This document shows positions 8,670 to 16,354 of a stretch of DNA of 41,644 bases, in pieces. The stretch is from a virus (Duplodnaviria > Caudoviricetes): positions 1 through 41,644 of the IMG/VR virus record IMGVR_UViG_3300050150_000071, one strand, 5' to 3'. The notes beneath the pieces are model-generated. The model was given only the letters and a program-made list of their open reading frames with translations, made no database searches and was not told the DNA's origin. The translations under genes and the position numbers were made by a program. Within the stretch, counting starts at the first letter, position 1. The number at the start of each line of letters is the position of its first letter.

Positions 8670-9035
8670 ATGGCCATCCACACTGACCTGCCCATCTACC
8701 GCACCGGCGTGCAACTGATGTCGCTCGCCGTTGACGCACAGATGCACATGCCGAGGGGCATCAAGCGCAGCATGGGCGACAAGATTGCCGACCACTGCGT
8801 CGAGATGCTCAACCTCATGGCCCTGGCCAACGCCACCAAGGCAATAGAGCGTGCCGCCTACATCCGCCAGCTGCTTGCCCGCCAACGTGCGGTGCAGGTG
8901 CTGCTGCGGGTGTGCTTTGACCGCCGCGACATTTCCCTCGGCTTATGGTCGAAGGCCACGCAGCTGCTGGACAGCATCGGCAAGCAGGCCAACGGGTGGA
9001 TCAAAAAGACCACGAACACGGGGCCTGCAGCATGA
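8670..9035 (+). CDS. avd: DGR accessory variability determinant (four-helix bundle)
   Basis: 121 aa, basic, LPIYR...MPRGIKRSMGDKI...IGKQANGWIK; lies between target and TR/RT. Confidence 0.9.
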   Translation: MAIHTDLPIYRTGVQLMSLAVDAQMHMPRGIKRSMGDKIADHCVEMLNLMALANATKAIERAAYIRQLLARQRAVQVLLRVCFDRRDISLGLWSKATQLLDSIGKQANGWIKKTTNTGPAA

Positions 9036-10405
9036 CAGTCACGGCTTTCATGCCCGCGCCTATTTTGAATCTGGTCGCGCCGCTGCCTCACGAGGGCACC
9101 GCCATGTACACCACAGGTACCGCTGGCTTCGCCCAGGCCCGGCCTGGTGCAGTTTCCCAGGTGATCGGCACCAGCCTTCGCCCGGGCGATGTTGATAGCG
9201 CGCACCGACACCGCACTCCAGCGGCTACGCCTGGTATCAGAACTTCAACAACGGCAACCAGAACAACAACAACACCAGTGCTGAGTTGTGTGCCAGAGCC
9301 GTCCGCAGATCCAACCCTGTTCGAACAACTGGTGGCCGCCTATATCGACTGCCGCCGCACCAAGCGCAACAGCGCCAGCGCCCTGGCCTTTGAGGCCAAC
9401 CTGGAGCGCAACCTGTGCGACCTGCACGATCAGCTGGCCAGCGGTGCCTACCGCCCTGGCCGCTCGATCTGCTTTGTCATCACCCGCCCCAAGCCACGCG
9501 AGGTGTGGGCCGCTGAGTTCCGCGACCGCATCGTCCACCACCTGCTGTACCGCAAGATCTCGCCCCGCTTCTATGCCCGCTTCACGGCCGACAGCTGCGC
9601 CTGCATCCCGGGCCGCGGCACCCTGTACGCCGCCAAGCGCCTGGAGCACCAGGTGCGCAGCGCCACACAGAACTGGAGCCAGCCCGCCCACTACCTGAAG
9701 TGCGACCTGGCCAACTTCTTTGTGAGCATCCGCAAGACCGTGGTACTGCAGCTGCTGGCCAGGCACATCACCGAGCCCTGGTGGCTGGACCTGACCGAGC
9801 GAATCCTGATGCACGACCCGCGCCACGATGTAGAGGTGCGCGGCCGGCACGAGCTGCTGGCCCGTGTTCCGCCCCACAAGAGCCTGTTCAACGCCCCCGA
9901 TGACCAAGGCCTGCCCATCGGCAACCTGTCTTCGCAGTTCTTCGCCAACGTGCTGCTGGATGTGCTGGACCAGCACGCCAAACACCAGCTGCGCGCGCCC
10001 CACTATGTGCGCTACGTCGATGACTTCGTGCTGGTGCACCAGTCGCCCCAATGGCTGAACCGGGCCCTGGCCAACATCACCGCCATGCTGCCCGCCCGCC
10101 TGGGCCTGCAACTGAACCCCAGCAAGACCATCCTGCAGCGTGTGGACAACGGCATCGACTTCGTGGGCCACGTCATCAAGCCATGGCGCCGCACCACCAG
10201 GCCGCGCACCCTGCGCACCGCGCTGCGCCGCCTGGCCGACATGCCCGCTGAAGACGTCTTCGCCGCCGGCAACAGCTACCTGGGCCTGGTCCGCCAAGCC
10301 TCTCACAGCCACATTGAGCAAGTGCAGATTGCCCAGGCCTTGCTGGCCCGTGGTCACTGCGTCAACGCACCCTTCACCAAAGCCTTTCAGAAAGCCCGCA
10401 CATGA
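9032..10405 (+). CDS. DGR reverse transcriptase (start uncertain: 9032 or a GTG near 9278-9290)
   Basis: KPREVWAAEFRDRIVHH, LKCDLANFF, GLPIGNLSSQFFAN (DGR-type SQ), YVRYVDDFV and GIDFVG motifs. Confidence 0.96.
   Translation: MTVTAFMPAPILNLVAPLPHEGTAMYTTGTAGFAQARPGAVSQVIGTSLRPGDVDSAHRHRTPAATPGIRTSTTATRTTTTPVLSCVPEPSADPTLFEQLVAAYIDCRRTKRNSASALAFEANLERNLCDLHDQLASGAYRPGRSICFVITRPKPREVWAAEFRDRIVHHLLYRKISPRFYARFTADSCACIPGRGTLYAAKRLEHQVRSATQNWSQPAHYLKCDLANFFVSIRKTVVLQLLARHITEPWWLDLTERILMHDPRHDVEVRGRHELLARVPPHKSLFNAPDDQGLPIGNLSSQFFANVLLDVLDQHAKHQLRAPHYVRYVDDFVLVHQSPQWLNRALANITAMLPARLGLQLNPSKTILQRVDNGIDFVGHVIKPWRRTTRPRTLRTALRRLADMPAEDVFAAGNSYLGLVRQASHSHIEQVQIAQALLARGHCVNAPFTKAFQKART
9208..9310 (+). 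repeat. DGR template repeat (TR)
   Basis: AAC-rich (8 AAC codons in the target frame) copy of VR1/VR2, lying between avd and the RT core. Confidence 0.97.
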
Positions 10406-11232
10406 GCAAACCCCTTGTCATCTATCACGCCAACTGCGCCGATGGCTTCAGCGCCGCCTGGTGCTTTTGGCACAAGTACGGCCAGGCCTGCGACTTTCAC
10501 CCCGGGGTGTACGGCCAGGAGCCGCCCGATGTCACTGGCCGCTGCGTGTACCTGGTCGACTTCAGCTACAAGCGTGACACCGTGCTGAAGATGCTGGAGA
10601 CCGCCGCGCACGTGGTGCTGATCGACCACCACAAGACGGCCATCGATGACCTGGCCAGCGTGACCGGCGACAAGTTCAGCACGCTGACTGATCTGAACCG
10701 CAGCGGCGCCACACTGGCCTGGGACTTCCTCTTTCCTGGCCAGCCGCGCCCGCTGCTGCTGGGCCACGTCGAAGACCGCGACCTGTGGCGCTTCAAGTTG
10801 CCCGGCACCAGAGAGATTCAGGCCTTCGTGTTCTCGCACCGCTACACCTTCGAGCAATGGGACCAGCTCATGGCCGCCGACCAGGTGCAACTGCTGCAAA
10901 TGACCGCCGCCGGCGCCGCCATCGAGCGCAAGCACCACAAGGACGTGGCCGAGCTGGTGGGCGTGTGCAAGCGCCGCATGGTCATCGGCGGTCATGACGT
11001 GCCAGTGGCCAGCCTGCCCTACACCCTGACCAGCGATGCCGGCGCGCTGATGGCCCAGGGTGAGCCCTTCGCCGCCTGCTACTGGGACACGACAGAGCAC
11101 CGCAACTTCAGCCTGCGCGCCACGGATGAAGGCCTTGATGTGGCCGACATCGCGGCGCAGTACGGCGGCGGAGGCCATGCCAAGGCCTCGGGCTTCCGGG
11201 TGACCCGGGACCATGAACTTGCCAAGTGCTGA
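10402..11232 (+). CDS. DHH/DHHA1 family phosphoesterase
   Basis: YHANCADG, VDFS, IDHH, DRDLW and GGGGHAKASGF motifs. Confidence 0.9.
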   Translation: MSKPLVIYHANCADGFSAAWCFWHKYGQACDFHPGVYGQEPPDVTGRCVYLVDFSYKRDTVLKMLETAAHVVLIDHHKTAIDDLASVTGDKFSTLTDLNRSGATLAWDFLFPGQPRPLLLGHVEDRDLWRFKLPGTREIQAFVFSHRYTFEQWDQLMAADQVQLLQMTAAGAAIERKHHKDVAELVGVCKRRMVIGGHDVPVASLPYTLTSDAGALMAQGEPFAACYWDTTEHRNFSLRATDEGLDVADIAAQYGGGGHAKASGFRVTRDHELAKC

Positions 11233-11257
11233 GGTATCCATGACACACGAAGCCGAT

Positions 11258-11281
11258 CATTTTCCTGACGTCAGGAAAATG
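11258..11281. repeat. perfect 24-bp palindrome
   Basis: CATTTTCCTGAC|GTCAGGAAAATG. Confidence 0.9.
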
Positions 11282-11330
11282 GTGGGCGCTTTGAAACCGA
11301 GCCGCGCAGAGCGTGGCGGAAAAAGGAGAG

Positions 11331-11636
11331 ATGGAAATGGTCAATCTGCAAAAGCACCTGAACCTGCTGGGCATGCGCGTCGAGGATCGAGTTACCGGCT
11401 TTAAAGGCGTAGTGGCCACAGTTGGTTTTGACTTGTATGGCTGCATCCAAGCCATTGTCAATCCAGGCGCTGACAATGAAGGCAAGCTGCGCGACAGCCA
11501 ATGGTTCGATGTCAACCGCTTGCTCGTGGTGAGCGATGAGCCCGTCATGCCGCGCCCGGAATTTGAGTGGACACCGCAGGTGATCGCAGAAGCAGGCAAG
11601 GGGCCTGGCGAGCGACCCGCGTTCAACAAGGCCTAA
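11331..11636 (+). CDS. conserved phage hypothetical protein
   Basis: AGGAG RBS; LGMRVEDRVTGFKGVV...YGC...WFDVNRL pattern; its stop TAA lies inside GCCTAAC. Confidence 0.75.
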   Translation: MEMVNLQKHLNLLGMRVEDRVTGFKGVVATVGFDLYGCIQAIVNPGADNEGKLRDSQWFDVNRLLVVSDEPVMPRPEFEWTPQVIAEAGKGPGERPAFNKA

Positions 11637-11697
11637 CCCAAAAGTTAACCGGCGGGCGTGCGAAGCATGCACGTCCGCGTTGAACGAAGAGTTAGGC
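11631..11697 (-). other. attC recombination site 1 (67 bp)
   Basis: Minus strand: GCCTAAC-TCTTC-GTTCAAC...GGTTAAC-TTTTGG-GTTAGGC, imperfect hairpin with an extra C in L''. Confidence 0.85.
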
Positions 11698-11806
11698 CTG
11701 GTGGCAGATGCCCAGGGCGCAGCGCGCCACACGAAGCCGGGGCCACAGGCCCGGGCGCTTTGACAACCGAGCAGGGCCGCAGGCCTTGCGGATAGGAGCG
11801 ATACCA

Positions 11807-12211
11807 ATGATCAAACCCGATAAATTCGGCATCTTGCTGGCAAAGCCACCGGGCGTAGAAAAAGGTAAATGGTTTAGCGGGCTGCTTGCCTACATGCTCA
11901 CAGGTCCATGGTGGTGGCCATATGAAATGCAACCCAAGGGTTCCCGAAACTCTATGGTTGCAGCCAAGGGCAATGATCTGTACACGGATCTGATGGAAAT
12001 GCAGGAAGCTGGCTTGGTGGTTTTAGCGCAAACCGAAGGCGATCGGTCGTTGTTCATTGCAACCGAAAAGTCCATGGAAGCAATGCAGCTTGACAAAACA
12101 GAGCGGCTGCGCGCGATTAAGACAGCACGGCTCACGAAAGGCGGCAGATTGGTGTATCCGAAATCACTCAGGTCGTACAGCAAAGACCCATGGCCACCAC
12201 ACGAGGCCTAA
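11807..12211 (+). CDS. hypothetical cassette protein
   Basis: AGGAG RBS; more AT-rich than the flanks; stop TAA inside GCCTAAC. Confidence 0.7.
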   Translation: MIKPDKFGILLAKPPGVEKGKWFSGLLAYMLTGPWWWPYEMQPKGSRNSMVAAKGNDLYTDLMEMQEAGLVVLAQTEGDRSLFIATEKSMEAMQLDKTERLRAIKTARLTKGGRLVYPKSLRSYSKDPWPPHEA

Positions 12212-12289
12212 CCCTTGAATTAAGCGGCCCGCGTTTTGCGGCGCCAGATGCGCGGACTTGCAAGGGTCCGCTTGAATGATGAGTTAGGC
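12206..12289 (-). other. attC recombination site 2 (84 bp)
   Basis: Minus strand: GCCTAAC-TCATC-ATTCAAGC-GG-A-CCC...GGG-CC-GCTTAAT-TCAAGG-GTTAGGC; both canonical extrahelical positions are present. Confidence 0.9.
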
Positions 12290-12316
12290 CTGTGGCCACA
12301 CCGTTGAGAGGAACCC

Positions 12317-12802
12317 ATGGAACTGCACCTGAAGCCCTGCCCGCACTGCGGCAGTGAAGCGAAGTTCAACACCATCACCGATGACCCGGAGGGCTCCAAC
12401 TACCAAGGCAACTACATCGCGTGCGAGGCCTGCAGCGCCACCACGCAACTGATGTTTTCGACTGGCGAGGACTGCCGCCCGATTTTGGCTGAGCTTTGGA
12501 ATGCCCGGCATGGGCCCATGAACAAGGCGCCTGACAGCATGCTGAAGTTCAGCGGCACCCCCACCGAGATTGGCGGGCAGATCTGGGAACGCATGTGCCT
12601 GCCCGCCGTGGGCAAGGTGAGCCGCGACCTGACGCCCATTGCCACGGCCCAGATCTATGGCGGATTCACCATGGCCGCATGGGGCGCGATGGTGGCCGAC
12701 TTCGGGCACGTGCAGGCGGTCGATTTCGCGCGGCAGATGCTGGCCCGCTTTGAGAAAGAGGCACCCACGCTGACCGAGGACGGCACGACTGGCGCGCATT
12801 GA
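12317..12802 (+). CDS. Lar-family (restriction alleviation) zinc-binding domain protein
   Basis: LKPCPHCGSEA...IACEACSA...LWNAR signature with an extra C-terminal domain. Confidence 0.75.
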   Translation: MELHLKPCPHCGSEAKFNTITDDPEGSNYQGNYIACEACSATTQLMFSTGEDCRPILAELWNARHGPMNKAPDSMLKFSGTPTEIGGQIWERMCLPAVGKVSRDLTPIATAQIYGGFTMAAWGAMVADFGHVQAVDFARQMLARFEKEAPTLTEDGTTGAH

Positions 12803-12804
12803 GG

Positions 12805-12871
12805 GCCTAACCCCTGAGTTCAGCGCGCGGCAGGCCAACGGCCTGACGTCCGCTGCAACGACGAGTTAGGC
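12805..12871 (-). other. attC recombination site 3 (67 bp)
   Basis: Minus strand: GCCTAAC-TCGTC-GTTGCAGC-GGACG...GCTGAAC-TCAGGG-GTTAGGC. Confidence 0.88.
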
Positions 12872-12922
12872 CTGCCAGCCACACACCCAGGGCGCAGCGA
12901 GAACACAGCCGACCGAGGACCC

Positions 12923-13564
12923 ATGACGAAAAGCAAAGGCATCAAACGGCCTGATTGGAAGTGGACTGCCGAGCAGGATCAACTACTCATGGCGACTTAT
13001 GAAAGCACTCGAAAGTCAGAACTCGCAAAAGCCATCGGCTGCACAGAAGGCCAGCTCATGAATCGCGGGAAAAAGCTGGGGCTGTCAACGCCGCCAGGCG
13101 TGTTCCTGGTGGGCTCCAAGAAGGGGGCAGAGACCCTTGTAAAGCTGAAAGAACGCATGCGCAAGGCAGCAGATGAAGGCCGGATCAAACCCCCAATGCG
13201 ACACACCATAGACGCCGGCCTTGCTGCAGCACAAAAGCCAGAAGCGCGCGCGAGACGAGCCGCCAAAGCTGCGGACACGATGCGAGGAATTCCCCAGCGT
13301 ATGGACGGGCTGTCAGCAGCCGCAGAGCACAACGCCCGAGCAAAGACTTACACGGTACTGGACCCTCATGGCACCGCCTTCACATTCAAAAATCTCAATC
13401 ACTTTGTGCGCGAGAACCCACACCTTTTCCTCCCTGAGGACACCGTGTGGACCGGGCCAGAAAACAATCCATGGTGCAGAGCACAGCGCGGCCTAGGGAG
13501 CCTTTTCAAGACGCGACCGCGCTTCACATGGAAGGGATGGTCCGCAGTAAACAAGAGGGCCTAA
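12923..13564 (+). CDS. hypothetical DNA-binding protein (cassette gene)
   Basis: WTAEQDQLL...ELAKAIG...RGKKLGL HTH-like N-terminus; basic; stop TAA inside GCCTAAC. Confidence 0.65.
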   Translation: MTKSKGIKRPDWKWTAEQDQLLMATYESTRKSELAKAIGCTEGQLMNRGKKLGLSTPPGVFLVGSKKGAETLVKLKERMRKAADEGRIKPPMRHTIDAGLAAAQKPEARARRAAKAADTMRGIPQRMDGLSAAAEHNARAKTYTVLDPHGTAFTFKNLNHFVRENPHLFLPEDTVWTGPENNPWCRAQRGLGSLFKTRPRFTWKGWSAVNKRA

Positions 13565-13626
13565 CCCGAGATAGGCGTCGTGGACGACGCACTATCCGGA
13601 CAAAAGCGTCAAATCTGTCGCATAAC
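13559..13626 (-). other. attI-like site heading the cassette array
   Basis: Minus strand: GTTATGC...GCCTATC-TCGG-GTTAGGC, i.e. a core plus degenerate inverted core and an upstream direct repeat, with no attC outer arm. Confidence 0.55.
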
Positions 13627-13643
13627 CTGGGATTCCCGGCCTT

Positions 13644-14960
13644 TTACGACAGCCCGCCCACCGCAGGCTTTTCCTTTTCTGCCTCCGTCAGATCCTCCAG
13701 CTTCTGGCTCAGCTTGGTGAGCCAGGTCAGCCGCTCAGCATCGTAGGCATGCAGGTTGTAGACCCCCTCAATACCCGGCTGCACGTGCCCCAGCAGCGCC
13801 TCACCCACATCAGGCGGGCACCCCAGCGCCGTCACCAGCGTTCGGCAAGATCGGCGCAGATCATGCGGCGCCCAATGTGTCACCGGCAGGCGATGGCGGA
13901 TGTACTCTGGCCTGGTCTCGCAGTAGGGCATGCGCATCCACACCGCCACACCAATGGATTTCTGCTCGACGTGCCCCAGCTCGGTGTGCGAGTGGAACAG
14001 GTGGCCATCAGGGCCAGGAGCCTGCAGCCGCCGGCGCACCACCTCAGCGGCACGGCCAACCAGCGGCACACGCAAGTCCGTCGCCCCCTCGACATGGGCG
14101 TTCTTTGTTTTGGCCTTGGGGATCTGCCACCAAAGCCCAGCAGCGCCCTCATCCCTGATTTCCGTGGCCTGCATGGCCACGATCTCAGATCCACGGCACA
14201 TGGTCCACAGGTACAGCGTCAGCTGATCTTCGTTGTTGCGCGGGAAATTGGGAAGCCAGGCCACCAGCTGCCCCAGCTCAGCAGCCGACAACGCACGCTT
14301 GAGCGGAGAAGCCTTGCCCTGAATGGTCTTGCCCTTGGTGCGCAGCTTGCCGCGCAGGATCTGGCGCCACCAGTTGGGCGTGTCTTCGGGAACCTTGCCC
14401 GAGTCGATACCATAGTCCCAGGCCGCGCCAAGTTCGGCACGCAACTTCCTGGCCTGGACAGGGATGCCAGCATGCGCCTCGATCGCGGCATAGGCCACGG
14501 CCCGCGTGACGCGCCTGGGGCTCAACGCAGCCAGATCGCCCAGCATGGTGTCAAACATCCGCCCCACCTCGGTCCGGCCCTTGGCTTTGCGCCTGGTTTT
14601 CAGGCTGCCCACATAGTCGGCGCAGAGGTGGCGCACCAGGTAGGCCGCATCCTTCGCTTCGGCCTTGGCCCTCTCTTGGGCGACCAGTTCAGCATGCCGG
14701 CCGGCGCGCTTCTCAGCGGCCGGGTCCTGACCACGGTCGCGCATGCTGCGTAGCTTTTCCCACTCCACCCATGCGGCCTGATACCCCAGCGCTGGCCAGC
14801 GGCCAATTCTGATCTGGCGCATCCGCCCATCGACCGGCGACCGGTACCGGTAGATCCAGGCCTTGGCCGACTGCGAGGCCTCCAGCCTCAGGCCGGGCGC
14901 CTCTTCGATGGTAAGGTGCTCCCCCGGCGCGAGCAGCTTGGCTGTGCGTGCATCAAACAT
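13644..14960 (-). CDS. int: phage tyrosine integrase (P4-like, N-terminal arm-binding domain)
   Basis: PGLRL...WIYRY...IGRWPAL arm-binding domain; catalytic R (CRGSE), K, HDLRR, LGH and Y. Confidence 0.95.
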   Translation of the reverse strand: MFDARTAKLLAPGEHLTIEEAPGLRLEASQSAKAWIYRYRSPVDGRMRQIRIGRWPALGYQAAWVEWEKLRSMRDRGQDPAAEKRAGRHAELVAQERAKAEAKDAAYLVRHLCADYVGSLKTRRKAKGRTEVGRMFDTMLGDLAALSPRRVTRAVAYAAIEAHAGIPVQARKLRAELGAAWDYGIDSGKVPEDTPNWWRQILRGKLRTKGKTIQGKASPLKRALSAAELGQLVAWLPNFPRNNEDQLTLYLWTMCRGSEIVAMQATEIRDEGAAGLWWQIPKAKTKNAHVEGATDLRVPLVGRAAEVVRRRLQAPGPDGHLFHSHTELGHVEQKSIGVAVWMRMPYCETRPEYIRHRLPVTHWAPHDLRRSCRTLVTALGCPPDVGEALLGHVQPGIEGVYNLHAYDAERLTWLTKLSQKLEDLTEAEKEKPAVGGLS

Positions 14961-14962
14961 CT

Positions 14963-15263
14963 TGCGTAGCTTTTGGGGTTTCTGGAACCCACGCCGGCTG
15001 CCCTGCGTAGGTTTTTGTTTTGGTCTTCCAGAATCCTACGCCAAAAACGCAAAAGCAGATGCACGCAAGCAAATGCATATGCACAAGGCGCGAAACATTG
15101 ATTCAGGTGCAAGTGATTGATGCAGAAGGAAAAAACAGGCTCGCCCGTTGAAGATCAACAGCTTGCGAACGGGTCGATTTTGAGTCATACACCGATGATG
15201 CAACGGTGCGTTTCCCTGGCACGCGCAGCGCCAAAAGTGGAAACCTACGCAGAAACTCACGCA
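14963..15263. other. probable attP region
   Basis: Non-coding gap between int and lysis genes. Five CTACGC-type arm-like repeats (14963, 15004, 15035, 15241, 15253) and two IHF-like ATCAA-N4-TTG sites (15110-15121 on minus, 15154-15165). Confidence 0.6.
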
Positions 15264-15282
15264 AAAAAGGCCCGTAAGGCCT
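15263..15282 (-). terminator. intrinsic terminator of late operon
   Basis: Minus strand AGGCCT-TAC-GGGCCT-TTTTT just after the spanin gene. Confidence 0.55.
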
Positions 15283-15312
15283 GAACCCCACGGGCCAACA
15301 CCCCGAAAACAG

Positions 15313-15867
15313 TCAGTTTGTAGCCTGCCAGGCCGCTCGAAGCAGCAACCGGCACAGGGTCAAGGTTTCGCCGGTGTCCCGGGCTGAGACGGCGAACTGG
15401 GCGAGCTCAAGCCGAGCCTGCCCATCGAGGATGACAAGATCGCCTCCAGCCACACCGGGTAGTCCGGCACTGGCGTTTCCATCACCTCCGCCGGCGGCGC
15501 CGGCACCCGCACCAGCGGCTGCACCACCTGGATGACAGGCGATGGGGCGGGCGTACTGCTGCAGCCGGCCAGCCAGGCCAGCGATGCGGCCAGCATCAGC
15601 CGCGCGAGATGTCGTGAGTGCATCAATGGTCTCCTGAAACTGCCCCTTGAGCGTGGCCTCTTTGGCCTCCGCGCGGCCGCGGGCTGCGGCCATGTCCTTG
15701 GTGGCCTGCAGCTGGGCGCCAGTCAACTCCAGCCGGGCCTGCGCAGCCTGCGCCACTGCCCGCGCTTCGCTCAGCTCAGCCAGCTGCCCATGCACCGTGG
15801 CCACCGCGAGCACCAGCGCCCACAGCCAGCCCGGCACCAGGTCAAACAATGCGAGCACCTTAGCCAT
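15313..15867 (-). CDS. inner-membrane spanin (Rz-like)
   Basis: N-terminal TM and Ala-rich coiled coil; follows the endolysin; has an embedded lipoprotein gene. Confidence 0.8.
   Translation of the reverse strand: MAKVLALFDLVPGWLWALVLAVATVHGQLAELSEARAVAQAAQARLELTGAQLQATKDMAAARGRAEAKEATLKGQFQETIDALTTSRAADAGRIAGLAGRLQQYARPIACHPGGAAAGAGAGAAGGGDGNASAGLPGVAGGDLVILDGQARLELAQFAVSARDTGETLTLCRLLLRAAWQATN
15360..15623 (-). CDS. outer-membrane spanin (Rz1-like), embedded
   Basis: Lipobox LAGC, Pro-rich, nested in an alternate frame of Rz. Confidence 0.8.
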   Translation of the reverse strand: MHSRHLARLMLAASLAWLAGCSSTPAPSPVIQVVQPLVRVPAPPAEVMETPVPDYPVWLEAILSSSMGRLGLSSPSSPSQPGTPAKP

Positions 15868-16354
15868 GGGCCACCTCCCCGCGACACACAGCCCGCTCCA
15901 GCGCCCGCCGCTTCGTCAACCCGGGCAGCGCCACCATCACCCCGCCCACGCTGGCCTTGTCCCAGCGCGGCAGCTGGTCACAGGCCTCCAAGGCCCGGCT
16001 AGCGCGCAACAGGCGGGCCGCTGTGCTTTTGTCCGGCCGGCACACGATGGCGGGGCCCAAGTTGAAGACCGCATCGCTCCAGGCGGCCAGCTGGTGCGGC
16101 GGAAGGCCAGGCGCGCAGCGCTCCACAGCCTCCACGGCCGCCGTCATGTCCCGATCCAGCCGGGCGCGGCACTCGGCCATGCTGTAAACCCGCGATGGGT
16201 CCACATTGCCCGTGCTGCCCCAGCACACCGTCAGGATGCCGGGCGGGTCGCGGTAGGCCACCTGGCGCAGGCCCTCGGCCGGCATGGCCAAGGCCGAAGC
16301 CAGCGCCACAGCGATCACCACGCGGGGTGATTTGGGCTTCGGTGCGTCAGCCAT
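15860..16354 (-). CDS. endolysin, GH24 lysozyme (probable SAR type)
   Basis: EGLRQVAYRDPPGILT (E-8-D-5-T triad), FNLG and GLTKRRALE motifs; Ala-rich N-terminal hydrophobic stretch. Confidence 0.92.
   Translation of the reverse strand: MADAPKPKSPRVVIAVALASALAMPAEGLRQVAYRDPPGILTVCWGSTGNVDPSRVYSMAECRARLDRDMTAAVEAVERCAPGLPPHQLAAWSDAVFNLGPAIVCRPDKSTAARLLRASRALEACDQLPRWDKASVGGVMVALPGLTKRRALERAVCRGEVAHG

Noticed and set aside
9032-10405. RT as group II intron, retron or Abi RT
   Set aside because: The avd gene, TR/VR pairs with adenine-specific mismatches and the GNLSSQ motif identify a DGR.
11631-13565. CRISPR array or terminators as explanation for the GCCTAAC...GTTAGGC repeats
   Set aside because: Repeat interiors differ, the intervening segments are whole genes, and there are no U-tracts or cas genes; attC architecture fits better.
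13614-13643. dif-like site (TGTCGCATAA resembles an XerC arm)
   Set aside because: No XerD arm (TTATGTTAAAT) follows.
13644-14960. Integrase as integron integrase IntI
   Set aside because: It has an N-terminal arm-binding domain, is 438 aa and shows no recognisable IntI-specific insertion; it looks like a prophage integrase.
14961-15312. tRNA or tRNA fragment at attP
   Set aside because: No T-loop/CCA or cloverleaf pattern is recognisable.
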